Positions 25,954-38,739 of a DNA stretch of 64,000 nt are shown piece after piece (the first letter of the stretch is position 1; the number at the start of each line of letters is the position of its first letter). The DNA is from Ylistrum balloti (taxonomy: Eukaryota), in NCBI RefSeq assembly GCF_031769215.1, contig NW_026782906.1, positions 1-64,000 of the forward strand. The letters run 5' to 3'. Under the pieces are notes generated by a model, which was not told the origin of the DNA, searched no databases, and saw nothing but the letters and a program-made list of their open reading frames with translations. Made by a program: the position numbers and the translations under genes.

Positions 25954-27913
25954 GTAGGTTTTAGTGATCTCTACGTTAAATTTATGTACAATTATATGTT
26001 ACATGTTTTCATACAGTTGACATAAACTTAAGTATTTTGTGTGTTTTATTGTAGAAAAGTTTACAGATGAAAGACACAAAGGATTGTACTTGTGTCGTTT
26101 AGGTCTCTGGTCTGTGTGACGAGTATATATTGGGGAGTGTCACTCAACTGACTTCAGTTAGGATATTTTAACGTGTTACCTGCTTAATTTCAATGATTAC
26201 GTTTTATTTATTTATTTGTTTATTTATCCTTAAGGCTTTGTATTCTAGATTCTTAGTAGAACCATGGACATAAATAACAGTTATCTACGTTCCTGGCATA
26301 ACCCAGTCTTAGCAGGGACGTATAATTCAGTATAATACTTCTCTGATCAAAGACATATTCTTATTTCTACCGTTTTCGTATTTCCTATAAGTACATATAC
26401 GTGATAACCTATTATCAGAATATATATCACGTGAAAACATATATTCATTGGATTTTGCCAGAGACATATATGTGTGTTATATACGTCTCTGATTTTGCGT
26501 ACACCCCATAACATGCCTCGGTCCCGTTCAGTGAACACCCCTTCGAAATTTGTTTCTTGTTAAACTTGACTTAATTTATAAACTATTACCATGTTTTATA
26601 TTAACGAAACACGTGATATCAATTTTCTTCTAATGTAAGTCAGAGACGTTTATGTCTCTGCCTAAGTTAATAACATGTCGACGTTAGATTAGTATATAGG
26701 CGTAATTTAATTTCCAAAAAATAAAATTAAAACCATAAAATGGTGATTTCTGTTAATTTTGAGGAATTTTGAGAGGCGAGTTTTATGATTATTGCGAGAC
26801 GAGTGTAAGGCGTCTAAAAGTATGTGTGCTATTCTGAAACAATTAACAATAATTAAATTTGTTTTATAAATATCTTGTGAGTACACACAATGTTTGCTCC
26901 CATAACAAAAATAATGTCCGCTGATAGCCTGATATTTGACCCATCGTCTTCCGCTACGTTGGTGAATCACCACAGTCATTGTACTTGCGATAGTGTCAGT
27001 ACACTATATACAGCGGTCTTGGCACTTGACAACATTCCTTGAGTACAAGGGTCGACTACTTCACATATTGACAATCAAAATTTGTGACATTTCAACAACA
27101 CCTGCTCGGAGCATAACATATGACGCTGATTTTCAGCGCCACCTGCCTGTCTATATGTGAAGGATGACAAACAAAATGTAGGTTTACTTCAGAGTAAAAT
27201 CAACGAAGCGACAAAACCATATGTATAGTTTAGCTTAGATAAGACCGCCTGATCATACGGTGTTACTATGTCGATTTAACATACCGTTCAACGCAAAGGG
27301 ATTCACCTCACAAAAATACTTCTTTCCAATCTTGAAGCATATTTTAAATATTTTTCTTTTGAGGATGTATGATCAAAAAGGAAATTGTACAAAATATGGT
27401 ATGTAAATCAAGTTTATATTTAGCTTTGATCTCTCACTAGAGTTTAAACCACCAAAAATCTTTTCGTTATGCAGACTTATCTGCTTGTGTGAGCAACTAT
27501 TGATTGTTGCGTCCTTAGTTTACATGAGAAAATGACCTCGATCGTTTTCTCACAAATTTATGGCGTAGTTCTCTCACAAACAAATGACGTTACCATACCT
27601 GCCAACTTTTCAAAATTCTCATGGAGGAAAAAAGTGCGTGAAAATAATTTATGACTTGTCACAATACCTTGCGCGTCGCGACATTTGTCATATATGAAAA
27701 AATATAATGTATATTTAATCTATACATCTAGATTGTCTGTTTGGTTGTTAGTGGGGATATGTATAATCACAGTAAAAATTAATACTTACACACAAGAGGA
27801 GATAACTGCTGATATCTATTGATCAAACCTACATACTTTGCAACAGAGGTGTGTTATCTTGAATAAAACAAATCATTGTTGAACGAATTTTTTTTTCTGT
27901 CCACAGCGACAAG

Positions 27914-28583
27914 ATGTATTCAAGGAATCTCGTTCTCGGCGGTCAGAAGCCTCGTGATGGGATGGAGGAGAGTCTCGTTCCCAAAGAAAAACCGGCGGCA
28001 AAAAAAGCTGTTGACATGGTGACGGTGTTTGTACCGGAAGCTGTGGCAGAGAACCAAGTCTACTGCAAATCCGTAACGTCAATCTTATCGAAACAAGATT
28101 ACCAGAACTACCTCCCAGTATATAGACCACTTGTAAGTTTCACTCGACCAAAACAACACAACAATTACTAGCTTGAGTTGTCTTTCCTTAGAATCAAAAT
28201 CCTTTATTAGTCAGTTAACAATTGTGAGAACTGGAGTTCAGGAAAATTATCCCGGTTAACGGTTTCTGACATTCGAGAAGTCTTTTATGGGCAAACACTT
28301 CTCATGTAATTTAATTTACTTTGTGTTAACGTTTTCCAAAACATGCTACCAACATTGTTTGTTTAAAGCTTTACTTCTAAATTCAATTTGATATTTGATA
28401 AACCAAGTATTTCTGAAATGAAAATAACACTCTTTTTGTTTACAGACCGAACCGTTGACACTGGAAGCGCGACCTGCACGTCCATGTTACGTCACGATCC
28501 TTTATCTATTTTTGGGGATTCTGTTCTTTCTGTTGCTGGCGGGAATAACAACCTGTATATACCTGGCGATCACACAAGATTAA
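27914..28583 (+). CDS. Uncharacterised single-pass membrane protein; exons 27914-28132 and 28446-28583 (118 aa as written)
   Basis: Exon 1 (73 aa) ends at ctt|gtaagt. Phase-0 exon 2 follows ttttgtttacag and encodes TEPLTLEARPARPCYVTILYLFLGILFFLLLAGITTCIYLAITQD*, a clear ~27-aa hydrophobic helix. No family recognised. Confidence 0.7.
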
Positions 28584-31049
28584 TTCTTAACCATGAAGAC
28601 CGGATTGTCTCTCTTTTTTTAATCCTCCGCTAGGTTTTGTCCTGGAAAATACAACGAGCAAAGCATAGTGGAGACTGTACAAAGGGAGATAATCGTGTTA
28701 ACTGTTATCCTGTGCACAGAAAGACACACCTGATAGGTATTGTAATAATCCCGAAAGGTGTAGAAAGAAAGAAAAATCATTTTGGAACAGGTTGTCAACG
28801 AGAAATACATGGGCATCTATAGATTGGTACGAACAGTCCATGATTCAATAGATGTAGGAACAACTTAGGAGTTGTTTCGTATGAAATCATGCAGAGAAAA
28901 ATTTTAATCAGTTTGCTGCTGTTAGAAGAAGAATCTAGTGCTGTTCCGAAAGAATAATACAGTGATGTTCAGAAAGAATGATGAATGGTTGCCCAGAATC
29001 CATTTCTTCGAGTGAATTAATAATGTGTTGATGAAAGTGCCAAAATTGTACCTCTCCAGCATAAAATTTCTGTCTTGTGTTCAGCACATCGTGTGAGATT
29101 TGTACATAGGCATGCGAGAATGAAATTAGACAATGTCCCATTGGTGCTGACTATTTTCGGGACAAATTGTCATCTGTAGGATGGAGATGTTTGTTAGAGG
29201 ATGTATCTGTTTGAAGAATGACTTTCATTATCATTTATCAACCTATGTGGAAAAAAGACCAGTATTATGTGAAAGAGGATTTTGTTATCGCAAAATTGGC
29301 GATAAAAATACTGTGATATTCAAAATTATGACTTAGGTCACTCGAATTAAAGGGCGACAATCAGTAATAACAAAAGTCCCTAATTGAACTGTATTGTATT
29401 GTATTGTTTTTCCTTGAATTTTTATAATTAGATTTTTTATTGATCAAATTTTGTAGATGATGTATAAATCAAAGTTGATATCCAAACGGAACTTTAATTA
29501 ATATTGATACAACGGCGAACACATTCCATCATTGTAATTATTTTAAAATCTAATCATTAATTTCATTTAAAGATATTATCTAGGTTACTATATAGATATT
29601 ACCCATATCATCATACTGTCTTATGAGCGTGTTTGTTTTCTTTCTTTTTTGGACATCAGTGTCCAAAATATCCTTGCTCTTATTTCTATCTCTCAATTAT
29701 ATTTTTACAGTAGGTTTGTCTCGATACTAAAGCTTAGGGATGACAAAGCTTGACTCATTTTAATGTTTTATCTAAGACGATTCAAGCGTCTCATGGATCA
29801 TGAGTCATGGTGCTGTGATGTCATACAGAAATTAGAATATCGATCCGACACTGAAGGATTCGGCGATGAAGTAGACATCCTTGAAGCTTCAACCAATTAC
29901 AATAACAAGCTTTTTATTTATTTAAATTGTCTGGAATCAAAAGTTATTCAATTGTTTTCGTGAGTAGTGTTGTTATGTAATTTCGTGGTACTTGTGTTGC
30001 AAATCGTGATTTTCACAAAAAAGGAAAATTAGGATGAAAGGCCATTTTACTTTTTATCAACTAAACTACGAAATGAAGTAGTTGTCATTAGTCATAGTTT
30101 GTAAATTAGTTTTGCTTACTATTTTTTCATTTATTTCATAAACATGCATTGAATTTTTAAACTTAAATGTAAGTGTGTAATCTGGTTCGAGAGGTTGTCA
30201 GCCTTAGTTTGAAACAGAAGAGTAGTTGTACTACACTAAGGCCAGGGATATCGGTCAGTGTTATTTTGCTGATTGCAAAATCCAGATTAAGGTTTCATAT
30301 CAAGCAAAGATGAAACTATGTCAGTATCCTACTATTATCGCTTTTAGAATCTTCACCAAATCATGGACGCGATTTCTATGTTTGTAATGTTGTCTTTTTT
30401 ATACGTATATTTTGAACAATAAAACAAAAGTACAAAAATATAATTGTGATTGTTATTATTATTATTGTTTACTCCCGCAAAATAGAGATTCAGTTTGTCA
30501 ATATACACATTAACGTAACAGACGTACAGACAGACAATTACCCGTGTTACAGACATACAAAGTCCTAATTAAAATGTATGTTTATAGTAAACTGAGACAG
30601 ACATTTTCACGGGCTGGTGAGGCGAGGTTTCTTCACCATTGATGTCATCTATCAGCGAAGGAGTAAACTGGTGTGTTTTTAATTCGAAGAGATGCTTTCG
30701 TCAATATGTTTTCGACATGTTATCGAAAATTTAAAAACTTCAGTAAGGAGAAAATCTCGTCCATCATGAATTTTTTGACAGATTGTTATCGCTCTATCTA
30801 GAGAAGAAATTGTTGGATTATTCTATTTTTTGTGTGTTCCCACGGTCCTAATTTATGCATTGTCCATTCCGTGGACTGGTTGGAACAGAATAAGCTATCC
30901 GACAGACAAATATCTTGATTCTCTTCATTTGTTCCCCCCCAGCCCCTCCCCCACTCCTACCCCAATCAAAGGTATACAACAATAACGGAACCGCCAAGTA
31001 AACTACGGCAAAAACGTCACGTTTGTAGTATTTGCCGCAGCCCAACAAC

Positions 31050-31720
31050 TCTGTTATGCAGTAGTTCGTTATGATAAATTTTCCTTTACAAAAACTTGAT
31101 TAGATAAGGACGGTATTTCTCCAAAGCTTAATTTGCCTGGTTCTGTATATGTTAAGGGATACATGTCTGCTAACAGAATGTAGGCCGAGAGTAACTTACC
31201 ATAGAATATGTGTGGTTAGAAATAGTTATTGGTTAAGAGGAATGTTTATATGGCGCTTCAACTTCTTGTTAACACTTAAGATATTTTCCTTGGTGAAAAA
31301 ATACGAATGGTTTTGTGTTATTAGTAAAGTAATGGATCGCGTTTAGCACAAGAGACTTCTAAGTAAGCTTTCATGTTTTGGAATTCGGGGCTCGCTCTTA
31401 AAATGGTTAGAAAATTATCTTTATAATTACAAAGAGTTGTTATCACAAAAAATATAATTTGTTTAAGATTTCCCTGGGTTCCATCTTGGGTCTATATTTA
31501 TATCAACCTATATCAAATTATTTGCTTACGACACCTCTCATTATTGACACACTAGACATAAAGCACTGGAAGAAAAAAAGAAATTGAAGTAAAATTCCCG
31601 AATGGTCCGCACTTGTTTTGGTAAATTTTAATCTTACCAAACTGAAACCTATAAACATCTAACAAAAAAACAAGACGAATTTATGAAACCCTTACAACAA
31701 AATTCTGAAGTGGGACATTA
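31050..31720 (+). mobile_element. CR1-clade LINE RT remnant
   Basis: Decayed DGISPKL, KLSCFGIRGSLLKWLENYL, PLGSILG, FAYDTS and LVNFNLTK motifs. Confidence 0.65.
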
Positions 31721-33093
31721 AAAACTTTTCTGTATGAGGAATCTGCTAATTGCATGCACAGTTTTACGGTGCAGTATGTATGGAAAACAGACAAGCCGAC
31801 AGCACAAAATCAATACCCTCCCACCCTTTCGATTCAGGGGCTTAAAGATAAAAATAGAACACTCCAATTCAGTTTCCCCCTAACCTGCTTTGCAGCTAGG
31901 GCGCAAGAATTGTACCTGCCGCCCCAGTATATGACTGTAAGAGTCGTCTTAACTTGGGATTTTATTATTTTCTTTTAATAATTCTCTTTTCAAAATTTTC
32001 TTCTTCCTCGTTTCTCCCTCAACACTGCCTCATCATTGGCCTCTTGTTGAGCGTTTGCAACCTTAACTAAGTTTTAAGCGTCGTTAAAAGAGGAACTGTG
32101 GTAGCACTATAAAGTCGTATTCTATTCTGCACCGTCACAAGCCTCCCAAAACGTAAGACGCAACACATGCATTCTTCTCGCACTGATACTACACTGTCTG
32201 AACAATACTGACAATCTGAACTTGTTTCTATTAAAAATGGCGGCTGGATCGATTACATTTACATATCAAAATCTCAGATTTCACCAAAATTTGATATTTT
32301 TCACAAAAAGTTGACTTAAGATCGTACCTCTCTGCAAAATCTGTGTTGTGCTCTTTTCCGGCTATTTTTTCAATCATGGCAATATTATCTGAGATGGTTT
32401 TACAAAAACTTAGCCGCTGACATTAGAGGCAACAAGAAGAGTGAAACATTGTCTTGAGACAGGCTGGCTTCCTAGAGAGCAAAAACCTAACATTTAATGG
32501 TACACGGTCTCCTCAACAAATATATACCCAAAATCTTCCACAACGTAACAACAACATTCGTGATCATAATACTTGTGTTGATAAGAACTTATGTCATATG
32601 TCTTAGTCGCACAACCCTTCACATGGAATCTTTTCTGCTGTCACCAGCGAAGGCAACAGGCCACACTATTTTAATTCCATAGCGATAGAAAGGGCCAGCC
32701 TTACCACGAAAGAATGAGGATGTAGTACAAGTCTATTCCGTAAAAATCTTGTAGATATTTCGCTGTTCATTCAAGTAATCAAGAAATTGAGACCAAAGAA
32801 CACTTTTTATTCCGTTGTTTGCCGGGATTTTCAGAGCTTCGTTTACGTTTTTTTTTAAAACTTACAAAAGATGCAGAAACGAAATTATAGAAGTTATATG
32901 TGATTTTTCAAGACGAAGCAAGGGAGCTAACTCCCGACAGCCTACACCTGAAAAACTGCCTAGGGACGTTATTGAATAGTTGAGATTCATATGTCTATTT
33001 CTTTTTATTTAGTTAAGCCAAGTTAAATATATCAAAACGTTGTGACTGATTAACTTGGTAGTTTTTAAATGTGATTCTATTTTCTTTTGACAG

Positions 33094-33125
33094 CGTCTTC
33101 AGATGACTTCATCTCTCCTCGTATG
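33094..33125 (+). other. Orphan 32-nt micro-exon candidate (phase 1 to phase 0: xSSDDFISPRM)
   Basis: Flanked by ctattttcttttgacag and gtaagt, both strong sites, and open in the phase-1 frame. Confidence 0.45.
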
Positions 33126-33243
33126 GTAAGTTAGGGTCATATTTATCGATTTTAGAATACTATACAAAAGACACACAAAATAATAGCACCTTTCAATACG
33201 AATTTTGAATAAGATAAAACAGAGCTAAATAATGAATGAAGCT

Positions 33244-33287
33244 GCATCATACAGCTGTTTCATCCTTCGTGGACTCGTTATTGATGC
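33244..33287 (-). ncRNA. Decayed minimal type I hammerhead ribozyme (core mutated)
   Basis: On the minus strand: gcatca-ATAACGA-gtcc acgaa ggat-GAAA-cagctg-TA-tgatgc. Stem I is gcatca/tgatgc, stem II is gtcc/ggat, stem III is the palindrome acagctgt, and the cleavage triplet is GTA. The core differs from CTGANGA at two positions. Confidence 0.65.
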
Positions 33288-33565
33288 TAAAGGCCTGAAT
33301 TTTAACGTAACAGGTGACAAAGGATAAACAAAATTGATCAAAAGAAAATTAAGATCTAAATGGAAAGGGGAAATAGCCTCATAATTTCGTAAATTTTGTA
33401 ATTTTCATACGTCTGATAGTTTGAAAAGAACGCTCGTTATTACGTCATTCGCTAAAGTGCTTCGTCGTTATAGCATCACTCGATATGCTATTTCTCGTTG
33501 TAACGTCATTACACATAGTGTATCTTATTTAAATATTGAATATTGTTTCGCATCATTCTATATCG

Positions 33566-33790
33566 TGTCACTCGATAAAGTGTTTCTCGTTATAACGTCA
33601 CTCGATATAGTGATTCTCGTTACAACGCCAATCGATAAAGTGTTTCTCGTTATTACGTCACTCGATAAAGTGATTCTCGTTATAACGTCACTCGATAAAA
33701 TATTTCTCGTTATAATGTCTCTCGATAAAATGTTTCTCGTTATAACGTCACTCGATAAAGTGTTTCTCATTATAACGTAACTCGATACAA
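33566..33790. repeat. 30-bp minisatellite, about 7 copies (tcactcgataaagtgtttctcgttataacg)
   Basis: Direct repeats; 10-aa periodicity (VITSLDKVFL) in the ORF track. Confidence 0.93.
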
Positions 33791-35989
33791 CAGCCGTTCC
33801 TCCGTATACCAAAAAACATATTTCAATAACATTTTCCCGTGCTTATTGCAATTTAGTAATACATGTATATCTTAAAAATGCAGGTACTACGCAACACCAC
33901 CTACCAACTCTGTGATTTAATGTTACGTTTATCGTGTCCATTCTAAAAATTTCATGACAATTTAAAAAAAAACCAAACGTTTAAATTCAAAACCTTTCAG
34001 AGATTTGAGAGCTTTTAAACGATTTTTCAATGTCATTTTTTCTTCCTTTGTCGTTATATTTGGTTCCGCAAAACATTTGGGAAGTGGAATTTGGTTCGTA
34101 CTGTTAACTCATTCGAGTTATAGACATCAATAATACGAATGATTGATTTTTCTATCCGAACTGACATACCTGTATTGATGCACTATATCTTTACGTGCGT
34201 GTGAATAATTGATAGCTATGCGTGATCAGGCGAAGGAAAGAATCACCAATAGCGGATTGATATCCAAACTCCAGCCGTTGTAACAAGTCGAAATGAGAGG
34301 GGGGTTCTCACGGGCGAATTTTCGCACGTGATAAATTATTGATACAGCTGGTCTTGACTTCTGCCTTCCGATTATGTAAATTGGCGCCATGATCGGACCC
34401 CTTGCTTAGTGTCGGCAGTCTGTGTTCATGTCTAGTGTTACCTGTTCATAGCACACGAGAATGTATCGATTTTTGCCAGGTAAAACAGCGTAACAGCTGG
34501 TTCTTCAAGATGGCCTCGGCTTGCAGTTGATATGAAACGTTTTCTCTGTGATTTTTAGCTTTTATATTTCTATTTGTCTATAACCTAATGTAGAAGGACC
34601 ACGCCCTGCGGGTAGCGTCACATTTGGACAATATATATATATCGGGATGCGTTCGATTTCTTACGTTGCAATGGAAGACCAGCTTGCCTCTTTGCTGGAA
34701 GTAGGTTTGTTTTGAAGTACTATCCAGGGTACTTGTCTGTTTACGTTTTAGGTGAGGATAAACGAGCCGACGTCTCGAGTGGAATGTTATATCTCTACTA
34801 CCGTTTGAGGAGATTTAAACAAGTGCATAATGGTCACGTGGGCATCGGATTTTAAATGAATCGGATTCAGTGAATGATATAGGTATATTTAGTGTGCTGT
34901 TAGGGCGTGTTCAATCTGACAGCTTATATATAACGAACATATCGGATTTTCATGATGATAAATACGTGAAATTATGACGATAGTGTATCGATATGAATGC
35001 ACGTGATGAGTCGGCAGGGAATGTTGAAGTTATATACACTGATTATAAGAATCTATATACAGGAAAGATTGAAAATCAACTTAATATGAACTGAAACGAA
35101 CAGTTAAAGAAACTGGATTATTGTTGGAGTAATATACTTGTGGATATATGACCCACGGATTCTCTGTTTTTGCTTCTGGAGGGTGTGTATTAGACCAAAC
35201 AGTGCACCACAGGGGAGATTGTTCTTGAATTTGATGATTTTGAAATAATATGGTTTCGCATGGGCTTTGGAATCAGCAAGCAAGTTACGATCAACCAAAG
35301 GACCAAGGATAGCCCAAGGTAATACTGTAATTAAACTAAACAATCATAGTTCGGATAATATCATGAAACCATTATCACATTTGCATTTTTAAACTTCTGC
35401 ACATCCCTTTCTAAAACGACCAGACTGTATGTGAATTTCAGTCACTTTTTACACACCGTCCAATCATCACATAATTCTTATTACCTTTCATAACCAACTC
35501 ACTTTGCAATGTTTCAACAGAATCCATATTAATCGATCATTGTTGATCAATTTTACCCCATCGGGGATTGGGAAGGGCGAGTAATGATGACGCTTTGTTA
35601 GAGGGAGAAAGAAGGGTTTAGATTTCAAAGTAAAAATACTATCGTGTTCAGTGTGGATCGATATACATTGTAGTACACACCAGGTGTATATTGATACTCT
35701 AATCGATAAGTAGTTTACGCCCTTTACTCACTGTTTACCTGACCAATTCGATCGTTATTTTATGTTTAAAACATAAAAGCTTTAGATGCCCTTCCCTTTT
35801 ACAACTGCGTGATAAGTTATTTGTAAACCAATTGTGTTTATGCCTTCTTCCAACAACATATTTTGTTTGAACTTCTTCGCAATAACATTAAGTTATACAA
35901 TCATGACATTTAACAAATGATATATTGAGGTGAAGGGCTACCTTTGTTCAAATAAACGACCTTGAAGGATCATTTTCGCCAGAAACTTT

Positions 35990-36180
35990 GTGTTATATAC
36001 GTCTCTGTACTTGATCACGGTGCATAGTTAAACGAACAACCTTTGCCCGGTAGCACAGCGACCCGCGGTCAAGAAATCTGACCGTATCAAATAGGCCATC
36101 AATTTGATACTATTGAGTCATTAGTCAAACGGATGAAAATTTTCAAGCGAAATCTCTTGAATTGAACGCAAAAGACATAA
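35990..36180 (+). mobile_element. SINE-like remnant
   Basis: cccggtagcacagcgacc... body and a gaaaattttc...tgaattgaacgcaaaa tail resembling mollusc tRNA-SINE 3' ends. Confidence 0.35.
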
Positions 36181-36275
36181 TTTTGATATTGTATCGTCGG
36201 ATTAATTATCATATGATGTGCTATCTAGTTTTCCCAGTTGAATTACCTTGACATATTCTCAAGTAAATCTTTTTC

Positions 36276-38540
36276 TAAATGGGATCTGTCTAGAGAGAGG
36301 ACCGGTCTTGCGAATATATCCGCTCGATTTTACACAGTAGTTCATGTAGGGGAACTTTTAATTGAATTAAGGCAATACGTGTTCCGGTTAACCAAGTTAG
36401 AATAATAATTTATTCTAAATTATACAACAGATATGTCTGCTATCAGTGTACACATAACTTTATCTAAATGGGTCCACATCAGAACATGTTACACAAGGCG
36501 TTTAAAAAGCCTTCTACTTCAAAATTATCGACTGGTTTGTTCATGACAAAATTTATCTTTAAAATGATGTTATAGAATGTGGGTTTTTTATCACGTGTAA
36601 ATATACACGCCGCAAAAATTATCAACAATGTTAAACAACATTTAATGTCATAAAGCCAATTGTAGATTGACTAAGATTGATCATGCCTTTTAATGTTACA
36701 TTTTGTTTTTGCTGTTATCTTTTATTTGATTTCTTTTATTTGTATGTTTTTTGTGGGTTTTTTTCTGCGCATGTGGTAGGGTAGGTGTGTTTGGTCTTTA
36801 TTTTTTTACTTCCCTGACAAAGAAAGTAAATATCAAAAGTAAAATAAAACTATATGTAAATGGTACTATCTTTGATTAAGGACAATTCATGAAATAACGT
36901 TTCCTTTTGATTACATTCATTAGTTTCGGTTTGTTTCGATTTCGTTTGTTTTGCATATTGTGACGTCACAACGTGATTGGTCTCAGTGTACCCTAACAGT
37001 ATGACGTCCCAACGTGATTGGTCCCCGGGTACTCTAGTAGTGTGACGTCACAACGTGATTGATCCTCGTGTATTCCAGCAATGTGACGTCACAACGTGAT
37101 TGGTCCCCATTGCCCAAGAAATGTGACGGAACAACGTGATCGGTCCCCCTGAACTCATTATTGTGACAGCACACCCTGATTGGGTCCCGTTATACCCAGA
37201 ATTTTGACGTCACAACGTGATTGTTCCCCTTGTATCCCAGCATTTTGACGTTACAACATGATTAGCCCCGTGTACCCTAGCAATGTGACGGCACAACGTG
37301 ATTAGCCCTGTTTACCCTAGCAATGTGACGACACAACGTGAATAACTCCTGGAACGTGATATTTGTTTTTATGCGTGTTATATCAATGTGTTATTGAATT
37401 CTGCCATTGTCAGTGTCAAAGTAACGCTTTATTAACAGTCTGTAATCTGGTATGTAATCAAACGTTAAAATGTCAAATACCGTTCACATATCGAATACAT
37501 CATGGTGAAGCGATTTATCATCATTGATACTTCAGTCTAAAATGTAACCGCTATGCATGTCTAACTTTAAATGGGATCTGTCTAGAGAGAGGACCGGTCT
37601 TGCGAATATATCCGCTCGATTTTACACAGTAGTTCATGTAGGGGAACTTTTTATTGAATTAAGGCAATACGTGTTCCGGTTAACCAAGTTAGAATAATAA
37701 TTTATTCTAAATTATACAACAGATATGTCTGCTATCAGTGTACACATAACTTTATCTAAAGGGGTCCACATCAGAACATGTTAGACAAGGCGTTTAAAAA
37801 GCCCTCTACTTCAAAATTATCGACTGGTTTGTTCATGACAAAATTTATCTTTAAAATGATATTATAGAATGTGGGTTTTTTATCACGTGTAAATATACAC
37901 GCCGCAAGAATTATCAACAATGTTAAACAAAATTTAATGCCAATTGTAGATTGATTAAGACTGATCATGCCTTTTAATGTTATATTTTGTTTTTGCTGTT
38001 ATTTTTTATTTAATTTCTTTTATTTGTATGTTTTTTGTGGGGTTTTTTTCTGCGCATGTGGTAGGGTATGTGTGTTTGGTCTTTATTTTTTTACTTCCCT
38101 GACAAAGAAAGTAAATATCAAAAGTAAAATAAAACTATATGTAAACGGTACTATCTTTGATTAAGGACAATTCATGAAATAACGTTTCCTTTTGATTACA
38201 TTCATTAGTTTCGGTTTGTTTCGATTTCGTTTGTTTTGCATATTGTGACGTCACAACGTGATTGGTCTCAGTGTACCCTAACAGTATGACGTCACAACGT
38301 GATTGTTCCCCGTTACCAAAGAAATGTGACGGAACACTCTAGTAGTGTGACGTCACAACGTGATTGATCCTCGTGTATTCCAGCAATGTGACGTCACAAC
38401 GTGATTGTTCCCCGTTACCAAAGAAATGTGACGGAACACTCTAGTAGTGTGACGTCACAACGTGATTGATCCTCGTGTATTCCAGCAATGTGACGTCACA
38501 ACGTGATTGTTCCCCGTTACCAAAGAAATGTGACGGAACA
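36276..38540. repeat. Tandem segmental duplication (copy 1 from 36276, copy 2 from 37568, offset 1292); each copy ends in a ~41-bp minisatellite
   Basis: Both copies begin taaatgggatctgtctagagagaggaccggtcttgcg and run nearly identically for ~700 bp into tgtgacgtcacaacgtgattgg arrays (36958-37350 and ~38243-38540). Confidence 0.95.
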
Positions 38541-38739
38541 TTAGGTAGACATATTGAATATATCATGTTTTCACCCATTTAAAGATTTAGTGAATTCATA
38601 TTAACTTATGTTTTGCAAATGATGTTATGAAACTATAAAACAATGTTATTGCTGCCAGTGATCAATTGGTCAATAGTTTGCAAATAACAGCAAATATGTG
38701 TGAAATGGCCATTTTGTCATAGTTACTGAAACATCAGGT

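Noticed and set aside
27235-27265. agaccgcctg resembling the 5S rRNA 3' region
   Set aside because: Only ~10 nt match, with no flanking 5S similarity.
28700-29335. Cys- and TGA-rich frame suggesting a selenoprotein P-like tail
   Set aside because: TAA and TAG stops occur in the same frame, and no SECIS was recognised.
31960-32260. Possible decayed THAP-like transposon coding region (minus strand)
   Set aside because: Similarity requires several frameshifts and is too weak to call by eye.
36958-37350. Repeat-spacer look (conserved ~20 bp plus variable ~20 bp) resembling a CRISPR array
   Set aside because: The spacers are related to each other, the context is eukaryotic, and there are no cas genes. 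It is a minisatellite.
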